From assembly GCA_035706525.1 (NCBI GenBank), contig DASSUY010000053.1, positions 1-35,334 on the forward strand: DNA of 35,334 nt. Reading direction: 5' to 3'. The DNA is from Steroidobacteraceae bacterium. GTDB taxonomy: Bacteria; Pseudomonadota; Gammaproteobacteria; Steroidobacterales; Steroidobacteraceae. The notes below the pieces were generated by a model. That model was not told the DNA's origin, did no database searches, and saw only the letters and a list, made by a program, of their open reading frames with translations. The translations under genes and the position numbers were made by a program. Of this stretch, positions 8,699 through 16,968 are shown one piece after another; the first letter of the stretch is position 1, and the number at the start of each line of letters is the position of its first letter.

Positions 8699-9253
8699 AT
8701 GAACAAGAAACTCCTCGCAGCGCTGATCCCGGCGCTCGCGCTCGCTTCGCCGCCCGGGTCGGCGGCGGACGCCGCCGCGCACGACCACTCGGCGGAGAAG
8801 GCGTCCACGGCGAGCAACTCGCCGCTGGTCCGCAAGGTCCGCAAGGCGACGGCCCAGTACCGCGACATCAACGCCGCGCTCGCCGCGGGCTACGCGCCCG
8901 CCACGCCCTGCGTGAGCGGTCCCAATGCCGGGGCCATGGGCGTGCACCTCATCAACGGGGCGCTGCTCGGCAAGGAAGTGGACGCGGAGACGCCGGAGGC
9001 GCTGATCTACGAGCCGCTTCCGGACGGCCGCATGCGGCTGGTCGGCGTCGAGATCCTGACGTTCGCGTCGGACTGGGTCAACGAGGTGCCGACGCTCGAC
9101 GGGCACCTGCTGAACTACGTCGGCGCGCCGAACCGCTACGGGATTCCGGCCTTCTACGAGATCCACGTATGGGCGTGGCGGGACAATCCGGACGGCGCTT
9201 TCGCCGACTGGAACCGGCGCGTCAGCTGCGAGGGGCAGCCCTTGCCCGAATAG
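8699..9253 (+). CDS. Secreted hypothetical protein (family not recognised)
   Basis: Signal peptide MNKKLLAALIPALALASPPGSAADA, with GGGAGG SD upstream. The mature part has a short His-rich start (AAHDHSAEK) and two Cys. Amino-acid composition looks coding, unlike the upstream part of track ORF 8276..9253. Confidence 0.6.
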   Translation: MNKKLLAALIPALALASPPGSAADAAAHDHSAEKASTASNSPLVRKVRKATAQYRDINAALAAGYAPATPCVSGPNAGAMGVHLINGALLGKEVDAETPEALIYEPLPDGRMRLVGVEILTFASDWVNEVPTLDGHLLNYVGAPNRYGIPAFYEIHVWAWRDNPDGAFADWNRRVSCEGQPLPE

Positions 9254-9260
9254 GGGCCGA

Positions 9261-9288
9261 GGAGGGGCCGCCGCGGGGCGGCCCTTCC
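9261..9288. terminator. GC-rich stem-loop between convergent genes (possible bidirectional terminator, no clear U-tract)
   Basis: GGAGGGGCCGCC-GCGG-GGCGGCCCTTCC forms a 12-bp stem (one G-T wobble) with a 4-nt loop. It lies between the stops at 9253 (+) and 9299 (-). Confidence 0.4.
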
Positions 9289-9298
9289 CGCTCGTTCG

Positions 9299-11215
9299 TC
9301 AGGGAACGACCGGCAGCTCGATCGAGGACGCCTGGTCCGCCGTGCGCCAGATCCGGTGCGTCGCCTTCACGTAGCTCTCCGGCGGCGCGAACATGATGTT
9401 CGGCACGAAGGTCTGCGGGTTCCGGTCGTAGAGCGGGAACCAGCTCGACTGGATCTGCACCATGACCCGGTGGCCGGGCAGGAAAGTGTGGCTCGCCTGC
9501 GGCAGCCGGATGCGGTAGTTCAGCACCTTGCCCGGCGCGATCGGCTTCGGCTCCGCGAAGTTCTCGCGGTAGCGGCCGCGGAAGATGTCGGCGGCGATCA
9601 TCTGCTGGTAGCCGCCCATCTTCGGGTCGTCCGGATACTCGTCCGGCCAGACGTCGATGAGCTTCACGACGAAATCCGCGTCGCTGCCCGTCGTCGACGC
9701 GAAGAGGTGCGCCCAGGGCTCGCCGGCGAGGCGGAGCGGCGCGGTGAGCGGCGCCGTCTGGTAGACGAGCACGTCCGGCCGCGACGCGGCCTGCCGCTGG
9801 TCGTCCATGAGCCACTCGCCCCAGGTCGACGCCTCGGCACCGGAGGATAGCGTCGGGCGGTTGCGGTAGGGCACCGGCTTCGCGGGGTCCGACACGTACT
9901 CGTCGAAGGCTTCTTCCGACGCCGCCGGCGGCTCGAAGGAGAGCGCGCCGTCCGGCTGCAGGTAGATGCGGCGCGATTTCGCGGCGCAGTCGGAGTCGCA
10001 GGAGCGCGGCCAGTCGTCGTAGCCATGCCAGGCGTTCGCGCCGGTCTCGTAGGCGAGCACGCGCGGCGTGTCGGGCATCGGCGCGTCCTTCAGGTAGTGG
10101 TCGAGGAAGGGCTGCATGACGTTCCGCCGGAACCAGGTTCCCGTGTCGCCCGCGAAGCGGATCGGGCCGATCTCGCGGCCGTCGCGCCGGCCGCCGCCGT
10201 GGTTCCAGGGGCCGAGGACCAGGTGGATGAGCTTGCCTTCCGGGTCCTTCGGGCCGAGCGCGCGGAAGAGCGCCGGCCCGCCATAGATGTCCTCCTGGTC
10301 GAACAGGCCGCTCACGATCATCATCGGGACGGTCATCGGCTCCTTCGCGAGCACCTGGTCCATCGCCTGCGACTGCCAGTAGTCGTCGTAGCTCGCATGC
10401 GTCACCAGCGCGCGCCAGAACTCGAGGCCGTCGAGGCCGCGCCGCTTCGCGAGGTTCCCGGCGTTGCCGGCGCGCAGGTAGAAGTCGTAGGTGTCGTAGA
10501 CCCCCGACCACCACTTCGCCTCGTTCTTGCGCGTCGCCTCCTGCTCGTAGGTGTACTCGAGCGCGCCGTCCTGGCGGAACGCGCCCTGGTGGAACCAGTC
10601 GTCGCCCATCCAGCCGTCCACCATCGGCGCAAACGGCACGGCGACCTTGAGCGCCGGGTGCGGGCGGATCACCGACATCAGCGCGGTGAAGCCCTCGTAG
10701 GACCCGCCGATCGTGCCGACGCGCCCGTTGCTTTCCGGCACGTTCTTCACGAGCCAGTCGATGGTGTCGAAGGTGTCCGTCGCGTGGTCGGTGGGCGCCG
10801 GGTTGTACGGGCCGCTGAGCGGGCGCGTCATCACGTAGTCGCCCTCGGAGCCGTATTTCCCGCGGACGTCCTGGTACACGACGATGTAGCCCGCCGCGAC
10901 CGCCGTATCGAGCATCTGCGGCACGACCGCCGCGAGGTGCGGGCTCTCGAAGCGGGACACGCGCGCCGAGGCGTTGTACGGCGTGCGGTCGAGCAGCATC
11001 GGGGCGCCCCGGGCGTCCTTCGGCACGAGGATGAAGGTCTTGAGCCGCACGCCGTCCCGCATCGGGATCATGGCTTCGCGCTTCTCGAAATCCGACTCGG
11101 CCGCCCGCGCGCGGGCGCCGGGGTCGACAGGCGCCGGCGGGGACTGCGCGAGGGCGAGGAATGGGACGAGGACGGCGAGGGCGAAGCTGAAGGCGACAAC
11201 GGCGGTTTTCTGCAT
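9299..11215 (-). CDS. CocE/NonD family hydrolase (S15 Xaa-Pro dipeptidyl-peptidase / alpha-amino-acid ester hydrolase-like), secreted
   Basis: Signal peptide ..FLALAQSP. Motifs MIPMRDGVRLKTFILVP, LLDRTPYN, VYQDVRGKYGSEGDY and the nucleophile elbow GGSYEG are present. The C-terminal jelly-roll region contains HTFLPGHRVMVQIQSSWFP. GGAGAAA SD lies 6 nt before the ATG at 11215; a GTG at 11218 is also possible. Confidence 0.85.
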   Translation of the reverse strand: MQKTAVVAFSFALAVLVPFLALAQSPPAPVDPGARARAAESDFEKREAMIPMRDGVRLKTFILVPKDARGAPMLLDRTPYNASARVSRFESPHLAAVVPQMLDTAVAAGYIVVYQDVRGKYGSEGDYVMTRPLSGPYNPAPTDHATDTFDTIDWLVKNVPESNGRVGTIGGSYEGFTALMSVIRPHPALKVAVPFAPMVDGWMGDDWFHQGAFRQDGALEYTYEQEATRKNEAKWWSGVYDTYDFYLRAGNAGNLAKRRGLDGLEFWRALVTHASYDDYWQSQAMDQVLAKEPMTVPMMIVSGLFDQEDIYGGPALFRALGPKDPEGKLIHLVLGPWNHGGGRRDGREIGPIRFAGDTGTWFRRNVMQPFLDHYLKDAPMPDTPRVLAYETGANAWHGYDDWPRSCDSDCAAKSRRIYLQPDGALSFEPPAASEEAFDEYVSDPAKPVPYRNRPTLSSGAEASTWGEWLMDDQRQAASRPDVLVYQTAPLTAPLRLAGEPWAHLFASTTGSDADFVVKLIDVWPDEYPDDPKMGGYQQMIAADIFRGRYRENFAEPKPIAPGKVLNYRIRLPQASHTFLPGHRVMVQIQSSWFPLYDRNPQTFVPNIMFAPPESYVKATHRIWRTADQASSIELPVVP

Positions 11216-11239
11216 CACTTTCTCCGGTCTGCGCGTCGG

Positions 11240-11269
11240 AAAAGACGCGGGGCCCGCCGGGGGCCCCGC
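11240..11269 (-). terminator. Rho-independent terminator downstream of gstA
   Basis: GCGGGGCCC-GCCGG-GGGCCCCGC forms a perfect 9-bp stem at 11247-11269. On the minus strand it is followed by GTCTTTTCC (T-run at 11240-11243). Confidence 0.6.
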
Positions 11270-11293
11270 TGCACGACGCCGAGGTACCGGAGT

Positions 11294-11917
11294 TTACGCG
11301 GCCTTGCTGGCCGGCAGCAGCCCCTCCTCCGCGAGCGCCTCCCGGACGGCCTTGCGGGACGAGACGCGCTCCTGGAATGCGTTGAGGTTCGGGAACCCCG
11401 ACAGGTCTAGCTTCACGCCCCGCGCCCAGCGCGTCACCGCGTAGAGGTAGGCGTCCGCGACCGTGAAGCGGTCGCCGAAGAGGTACTGCCGGCCCTCGAG
11501 CTGTTTCTCGACGAGCGCGTAGCGGCGCTTCAGGTACGCGAGCCGCTCCTCGCGCACGGCCGCCAGCACGTCGGGCTTGAACAGCGGCGAGTAGGCCTTG
11601 TGGATCTCCGCCGTGATGTAGTTCAGCGCCTCCTGCAGCCGCACGCGCTCGAACGTGCCGTTCGCGGGCGCAAGTCCGCTCGCCGGCGCGAGGTCGGCGA
11701 GGTACTGCACGATCGCCGGCCCTTCCGTCAGGACCTGGCCGTCGTCGAGCTCGAGCGCGGGCACGTAGCCCTTCGGGGTGACGTCCCAGTAGTCCCCTTC
11801 CGCGGCGACGGTCTTGGATCCCAGGTCGACCTTGACGAGGTCGAGCGGCAGGCCGGCCTCCTTCGCGACGATGTGCGGCGACAGGGCGCAGGTGCCCGGA
11901 GCGTAGTAGAGCTTCAT
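11294..11917 (-). CDS. gstA: Glutathione S-transferase (E. coli GstA-like beta class)
   Basis: MKLYYAPGTCALSPHIVAKEAGLPLDLVKVDL..KGYVPALELDDGQVLTEGPAIVQYLAD closely resembles bacterial GstA. The 207 aa length also fits. Confidence 0.85.
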   Translation of the reverse strand: MKLYYAPGTCALSPHIVAKEAGLPLDLVKVDLGSKTVAAEGDYWDVTPKGYVPALELDDGQVLTEGPAIVQYLADLAPASGLAPANGTFERVRLQEALNYITAEIHKAYSPLFKPDVLAAVREERLAYLKRRYALVEKQLEGRQYLFGDRFTVADAYLYAVTRWARGVKLDLSGFPNLNAFQERVSSRKAVREALAEEGLLPASKAA

Positions 11918-11950
11918 GCTTGTTCCTCCTTTCGTTGGTGCGCCGCAGGT

Positions 11951-12024
11951 TACCGAAGGTACTTACCTTTGTATAGCAGATTGCTTTACGTTATCGAAAG
12001 AATCCGCTAACCTCGCGGTAAGCG
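11951..12024. promoter_or_regulatory. TTACC/GGTAA-type dyads in the gstA-hxlR divergent region (candidate HxlR operators)
   Basis: TACC-gaa-GGTA at 11951-11961, TTACC at 11963-11967, and CGCTAACC-tcgc-GGTAAGCG at 12005-12024 (8-bp arms, one mismatch). Confidence 0.25.
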
Positions 12025-12039
12025 GGAACGGGGGAACGC

Positions 12040-12411
12040 ATGTCACTCAAGGTGAGGAAGAGCAGGGCGCCGCCGCCTCCCCCGGGCTGCCCGATGGCCG
12101 CCTGCATGGCGGTGCTCGGCGGCGCCTGGACGCCGAGCCTGATCTGGAAGCTCTCGGGGGGACCGCGCCGGTTCGGCGAGCTGCAGCGCGACATCCCGGG
12201 CATCTCGCCCAAGATGCTGGCCGCGCGCCTGCGCGACCTCGGCGAGAAAGGCGTCATCGTGCGCGAAGTCGTGCCGAGCTCACCGCCCTCGGTCGAGTAT
12301 TCGCTCTCCGAGCTCGGCCGCGAGCTGATTCCCGTCATCCACACCATCGTCCGGGTCGGGACCCGGATCCGCGAAGGGAGCCTGCGCAAGCGGACTGCAG
12401 CCGCACGTTGA
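12040..12411 (+). CDS. HxlR family winged-helix transcriptional regulator
   Basis: CPMAACMAVLGGAWTPSLIWKLSGGPRRFGELQRDIPGISPKMLAARLRDLGEKGVIVREV..PPSVEYSLSELG is the HxlR signature. It is divergent from gstA, a common arrangement. Confidence 0.85.
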   Translation: MSLKVRKSRAPPPPPGCPMAACMAVLGGAWTPSLIWKLSGGPRRFGELQRDIPGISPKMLAARLRDLGEKGVIVREVVPSSPPSVEYSLSELGRELIPVIHTIVRVGTRIREGSLRKRTAAAR

Positions 12412-12466
12412 CCCGGGCCGCGTCGTTGCCGATGATCCGGGGCTGGCCCGCCCCGGGGAACCGCCG

Positions 12467-13696
12467 ATGCCGCTCGACGTCGACTTCGTCCGCTCGCAGT
12501 TCCCCGCATTCCGCGAGCCCTCGCTCGAAGGGTTCGCCCACTTCGAGAACGCCGGCGGCTCCTTTGCCGCGGGCGCGGTCATCGACCGCCTCGGCCGCTA
12601 CTACCGCGAGACCAAGGTCCAGCCGTACTACGCCTTCGCGCCCTCCGCGCGCGCCGGCGCGCTGATGGACTCCGCGAAGGAGCGCCTGGCCGCCTGGCTG
12701 AACGTCGGCAAGGACGAGGTCCATTTCGGGCCGTCCACTTCGCAGAACACCTACGTGCTCGCGCAGGCGCTGCGGCGCTGGCTCCGGCCCGGCGACGAGA
12801 TCATCGTGACGAACCAGGATCACGAGGCCAACGTCGGCGCCTGGAGCCGCCTCGCCGACGACGGCTTCACCGTTCGCGAATGGAAGGTGAACCCCGCGAC
12901 GGCCGAGCTCGAGCGCGCGGGCCTAGAGGAGCTCCTCGGCCCGCGCACGAAGCTCGTCGCCTTCACGCACTGCTCTAACCTCGTCGGCAGCATCAACGCC
13001 GTGCGCGAGTTCACCGACCTCGCGCACGCGGCGGGCGCCTTCGCCTTCGTGGACGGGGTCGCGCTCGCCCCGCACGGCCTGCCGGACCTCGCCGCGCTGG
13101 GCGTCGATGCCTACTATTTCTCCCTATATAAGGTGTACGGGCCGCACCTCGGCGCCCTGTTCCTGCGGCGCGAAGTGAACGCCGCCCTGCCCAACCAGGG
13201 GCATTTCTTCAACGACGGGAAGCCCGGGGCGCGCTTCACGCCCGCGGGGCCGGACCATGCGCAGATCGCGGCGGTCAACGGGGTCGTCGATTACCTCGAA
13301 ACCGTCGCCGCGCACCACGGCCTGGGGCAGGCCTCCGTGCCCGCGCGCGCGGCCGCGGTGCGCGGCCTCTTCCGCGCGCATGAGACGGCCCTGTTGCAGC
13401 CCCTCCTCGACTGGCTCGCCGCGCAGCCGAAGGTCCGGCTGATCGGCCGGCGCCAGGCCGCGGACCGCGCGCCCACCGTCTCGATCGCGGTGAAGGGCCG
13501 CGCCGCCGCGGAGATCGGCGCGAAGCTCGCCGACGCGAACATCGGCGTCGGCGTCGGCAGTTTCTACGCTTACCGGCTCGCCAGGGCGCTCGGGATGGAC
13601 CCCGACGACGGCGCGGTGCGGCTCTCGTTCGTGCACTACACGACGCAGGGCGAGGTCGACAGGCTGATGCGGGAGCTCGACCGGTGCTTGAACTAG
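12467..13696 (+). CDS. Class V aminotransferase / cysteine desulfurase-like PLP enzyme
   Basis: VRSQFPAF..HFENAGGS, TNQDHEANVGAW, THCSNLVGSI and a SLYKVYGPHLG lysine region fit the NifS/SufS-like fold-type I family. Confidence 0.8.
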   Translation: MPLDVDFVRSQFPAFREPSLEGFAHFENAGGSFAAGAVIDRLGRYYRETKVQPYYAFAPSARAGALMDSAKERLAAWLNVGKDEVHFGPSTSQNTYVLAQALRRWLRPGDEIIVTNQDHEANVGAWSRLADDGFTVREWKVNPATAELERAGLEELLGPRTKLVAFTHCSNLVGSINAVREFTDLAHAAGAFAFVDGVALAPHGLPDLAALGVDAYYFSLYKVYGPHLGALFLRREVNAALPNQGHFFNDGKPGARFTPAGPDHAQIAAVNGVVDYLETVAAHHGLGQASVPARAAAVRGLFRAHETALLQPLLDWLAAQPKVRLIGRRQAADRAPTVSIAVKGRAAAEIGAKLADANIGVGVGSFYAYRLARALGMDPDDGAVRLSFVHYTTQGEVDRLMRELDRCLN

Positions 13697-14907
13697 ACCT
13701 CGTCCAGACCCTCGCCTTCGCGGGCGTCGCCCTCCTCCTCGGCGAAGGCCTCCGGCGCCTCGTGCCGGTGCTCGGCCGCTACAACCTGCCGGCGCCCGTG
13801 CTCGGGGGGCTGATCGTCGCGGTCACCGTCCTGATCGCGCGCGGGCGGGACGTCACGCTCTTCAGCTTCGACACGACGCTGCAGAGCCCGCTCATGATCG
13901 CGTTCTTCACGACGATCGGCTTCGGCGCGGGCCTCTCGCTGCTCAAGGTCGGCGGCCCGCAGGTGCTGCGCTTCTTCCTGATCGCGACCGTCTTCGCCGT
14001 CGTGCAGAACGTCGTCGGCATGGCCCTCGCGATCGCGTTCGGCCTGCATCCGCTGTTCGGCGTGCTCGCGGGCTCCGTGACGCTGACGGGCGGCCCCGCG
14101 ACGGGACTCGCCTTCGCACCGCTCTTCGAGCAGGCGGGCGTCGTCGGCGCCTCGTCCGTCGCGATCGCGGTCGCGATCGGCGGCATCGTCGCCGGCGGCC
14201 TGGTCGGCGGGCCCGTTGCCACCGTGCTCGTGGAGCGGCGCCGCCTCGAAACGCCGCGGGACAGCAAGCGGGCACCGTCGCCCGGGCCGGCGGTCGCGGG
14301 CGCCGCCGTGGCGGCCACCCAGGCGGCGACCGTCGAGGATGACGACGACGCCTGGCCGATCGTCAAGAATCTCGTCGCCATCCTCGTCGCGATGTGGATC
14401 GGGTTCTGGGTCAGCAAGGGCTTCGCCGCGCTCGGCATGACGCTGCCGGCCTACATCGGCGCGATGCTGGTCGCCGCCGTGATCCGCAACCTCGACGACG
14501 CGACCGGCTGGATCGGCCTGTCGCATCCCTTCATCAACACCTTCGGCGTCGTGACGCTGACGCTCTTCCTCGTGATGGCGCTGATGACGCTGAAGCTCTG
14601 GGAGCTCGCCGGGCTCGTGCTGCCGCTGCTCGCGATCCTCGCGGTGCAGGTCGTCATCGCGGCAATCGCCGCGGGCACGCTCGTGTTCCGGATGATGGGC
14701 GTGAACTACGAGTCCGCCGTCATGAGCGGCGGGTTCGTCGGGTTCATGCTCGGGACCACCGCGAACGCGATGGCCGTCATGCGCGCGCTGGTCGAGCGCT
14801 ACGGACCCGCGCCGCGCGCCTTCCTCGTCGCGCCGATCGTGGGCGCCTTCTTCATCGACTTCACGAACGCGCTGATCATCACGCTGTTCCTGAACCTGCC
14901 GTTCTGA
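13684..14907 (+). CDS. gltS: Sodium/glutamate symporter
   Basis: About 400 aa of polytopic membrane protein, colinear with E. coli GltS (LLLGEGLRR..YNLPAPVLGGL, PLMIAFFTTIGFGA, GSVTLTGGPATG, GGLVGGPVA). GTG start has a GGGAG SD 8 nt upstream. It overlaps the previous gene by 13 nt. Confidence 0.85.
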   Translation: MLELDLVQTLAFAGVALLLGEGLRRLVPVLGRYNLPAPVLGGLIVAVTVLIARGRDVTLFSFDTTLQSPLMIAFFTTIGFGAGLSLLKVGGPQVLRFFLIATVFAVVQNVVGMALAIAFGLHPLFGVLAGSVTLTGGPATGLAFAPLFEQAGVVGASSVAIAVAIGGIVAGGLVGGPVATVLVERRRLETPRDSKRAPSPGPAVAGAAVAATQAATVEDDDDAWPIVKNLVAILVAMWIGFWVSKGFAALGMTLPAYIGAMLVAAVIRNLDDATGWIGLSHPFINTFGVVTLTLFLVMALMTLKLWELAGLVLPLLAILAVQVVIAAIAAGTLVFRMMGVNYESAVMSGGFVGFMLGTTANAMAVMRALVERYGPAPRAFLVAPIVGAFFIDFTNALIITLFLNLPF

Positions 14908-14919
14908 TGCGGCGCCCGG

Positions 14920-16968
14920 TCATTCCGGCAGCGGCGCGATGCCGAGCTCGCGCCAGAGCGGCTCCGGGTCGATCGGCACGCCGCCCTTCACGACGAGCCG
15001 CAGGTTACGGAGCGCCGCGGGGTCCTTGCTGGGATCGCCGTCGACCAGGATGAGGTCGGCGAGCTTGCCGGGCGCCACCGACCCCAGTTCCCCGCCGAGT
15101 CCCGCTGCGCGCGCGGCGCCCAGTGTCGCCATCTGCAGGACTTCGGCCGTCGGGATCCCGGCCCGGACGTACAGCTCGAGCTCATGCACGATCGCGAAGC
15201 CGCCGAGCGAGTCGGTGCCGGCGACGATCGGCACGCCCGCGGCGTGCAGGGCCGCGAGCATCCTGAGCATCGCCTCGAACGAGGCCTCGTACTTCGCCGC
15301 CTGCGCGGCATCCTTCACCGGCAGGCCGCCGTCCATGAGCCCGCGCCGCACCGTCGGCGGCAGCCGGTCGCCGACCGCCCGGTAGGCGCGCGCCATCTCG
15401 CCCGGCCGGTCGAGGAAGAGGCCCTCGAAGATCTGCAGCGTCGGGTCGACCGTGACGCGGCGCTCGGCGAGCAGCGCGACGAAGTCCTTGACCTTCGCGT
15501 CTCCGAAATCGAGCTCGCCGCCGTGCTCGGCGGGCGCGGTGAGGCGGGCCGGGGTGCGCGTATCGGGCGCGAGGTCGAACAGGAAGTTCAGGAACAGCAT
15601 GTTCATGTGCTGCACCTCGTCATAGCCCGCGCGCACGGCGCGCTCGGCCGTCATGCCGGCCGGGATGTGGCCCCCGACGCGCAGGCCCCGCTTCTTCGCC
15701 TCGTCCACGATCGCGGGCACGAGCTCGGGTTTCACGGAGCTGTACACCTTCACGAGGATGAACCCGGCGTCGGCCATCGCGTCCACCGCGGCGCGCGCCT
15801 GCCCCTCGTCCGCGACGAGCACCTGCGTCGGCCCCTGGAAGGGCCCCGGCCCGTCCACGATGCCCGCAAACACGATGCGCGGGCCGAGGGTGTCCTTCTC
15901 CCAGGTCCTCATGCGCTCGCGCTTCTCGGGCTCGGCCGCCATGTCGCGGACGCCCGTGACGCCGCCGGCGAGCAGCAGCAGCCCGTCCATCGGCTCGGGG
16001 TGGCTGTGCATGTCCCAGAGCCCGGGCAGCAGTGCGCGGCCCTTGGCGTCGATGCGCAGGGTTCCGTCCGGGACCTCGACGCTGCCGTCCGGGCCCACGG
16101 CGCGGATGCGCTCGCCCTCGATCAGGACGCTGGAGCCCGGCCGCATGGCCCGCGATTCGGCCTCGAAGAGGTTCGCGTGCTCGATCAGCACCGGGCCGGA
16201 AGGCCGAGGCGCCACGCGCGCGGCCTGCTCGGCGCGCAGCGCCGAGAGCCGCGCTTCCTGCGCCTCGAGGAGCGCCGGCGCCGCGGACTCCCAGCCCTCG
16301 GGCGTCATCGTGACCCAGCTGTCGAGGCTCGCGAAGAACTCGCCCTGCGCGTCGAGCCAGATCGCGACCGGCGCGTAGCCGAGTCCGTACACGACGTGGA
16401 GCCGCACCGGCTTCGACGCGTCGCCGCTCTTCGCGACCCGCTCATCCAGCGCTTCCACGCGCGCCTCGCCCGTGGGCAGGAGCGCGATCTTCCCCCCGGG
16501 CCGGCCGAGCGCCGACTTCGCGAGCAACGGCAGCTCCGCGGGCGTTCCCGACTGGCTCAGATAGAAGGCGGGCGCGTCGAGCTTCCGCTCGCCCTGTTCG
16601 ACCTTGTTCTTCCAGTGCGCGACGCCCGCCGCGATGCCGAAGCGTTCCGCGACCGCGTTCTTGAGGTAGTCGTTGCCATCGACGGTCAGCGACACGGGGA
16701 CGCCCGCCTCGTCCAGCTCGATGCGCGAGCGGACGGATGGACCGCGGCCGCGGTCGTTGAACGCGAACAGGTAGAGGGCCGAGCCGTCCGGCATGCGGCA
16801 CTCGACGTGGTGGCCCGCCGGATTGCCGCCGAGGCTGAACGAGAACGTGCGGCTCGAGACCGCCTCCTCCGGACAGCTCGCGACGGGCGGCGCGGCGGGC
16901 GCGGCATCCTCCGCCGCGCCGGCGACGCCCGCGGCGAGGGCGAGGCAGGCGATGCGCGCGGCGATCAT
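14920..16968 (-). CDS. Secreted amidohydrolase-superfamily protein (COG1228-type peptidase/amidase-like) with an N-terminal extension of about 255 aa
   Basis: Signal peptide MIAARIACLALAAGVAGAAE. The metal motif GLWDMHSHP (HxH) sits about 320 aa in, and the C-terminus contains AGTDS and GKLADLILVDGDP. The ATG at 16968 overlaps the stop of the upstream regulator (ATGA). The Arg/Pro/Gly-rich extension of the track ORF up to 17328 is rejected. Confidence 0.8.
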   Translation of the reverse strand: MIAARIACLALAAGVAGAAEDAAPAAPPVASCPEEAVSSRTFSFSLGGNPAGHHVECRMPDGSALYLFAFNDRGRGPSVRSRIELDEAGVPVSLTVDGNDYLKNAVAERFGIAAGVAHWKNKVEQGERKLDAPAFYLSQSGTPAELPLLAKSALGRPGGKIALLPTGEARVEALDERVAKSGDASKPVRLHVVYGLGYAPVAIWLDAQGEFFASLDSWVTMTPEGWESAAPALLEAQEARLSALRAEQAARVAPRPSGPVLIEHANLFEAESRAMRPGSSVLIEGERIRAVGPDGSVEVPDGTLRIDAKGRALLPGLWDMHSHPEPMDGLLLLAGGVTGVRDMAAEPEKRERMRTWEKDTLGPRIVFAGIVDGPGPFQGPTQVLVADEGQARAAVDAMADAGFILVKVYSSVKPELVPAIVDEAKKRGLRVGGHIPAGMTAERAVRAGYDEVQHMNMLFLNFLFDLAPDTRTPARLTAPAEHGGELDFGDAKVKDFVALLAERRVTVDPTLQIFEGLFLDRPGEMARAYRAVGDRLPPTVRRGLMDGGLPVKDAAQAAKYEASFEAMLRMLAALHAAGVPIVAGTDSLGGFAIVHELELYVRAGIPTAEVLQMATLGAARAAGLGGELGSVAPGKLADLILVDGDPSKDPAALRNLRLVVKGGVPIDPEPLWRELGIAPLPE

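Noticed and set aside
12412-12466. Short CCGGGG-N8-CCCCGG hairpin after the hxlR-family gene as a terminator
   Set aside because: The stem is only 6 bp with no U-tract, and it lies directly in front of the next gene's SD. Such GC dyads are frequent by chance in this composition.
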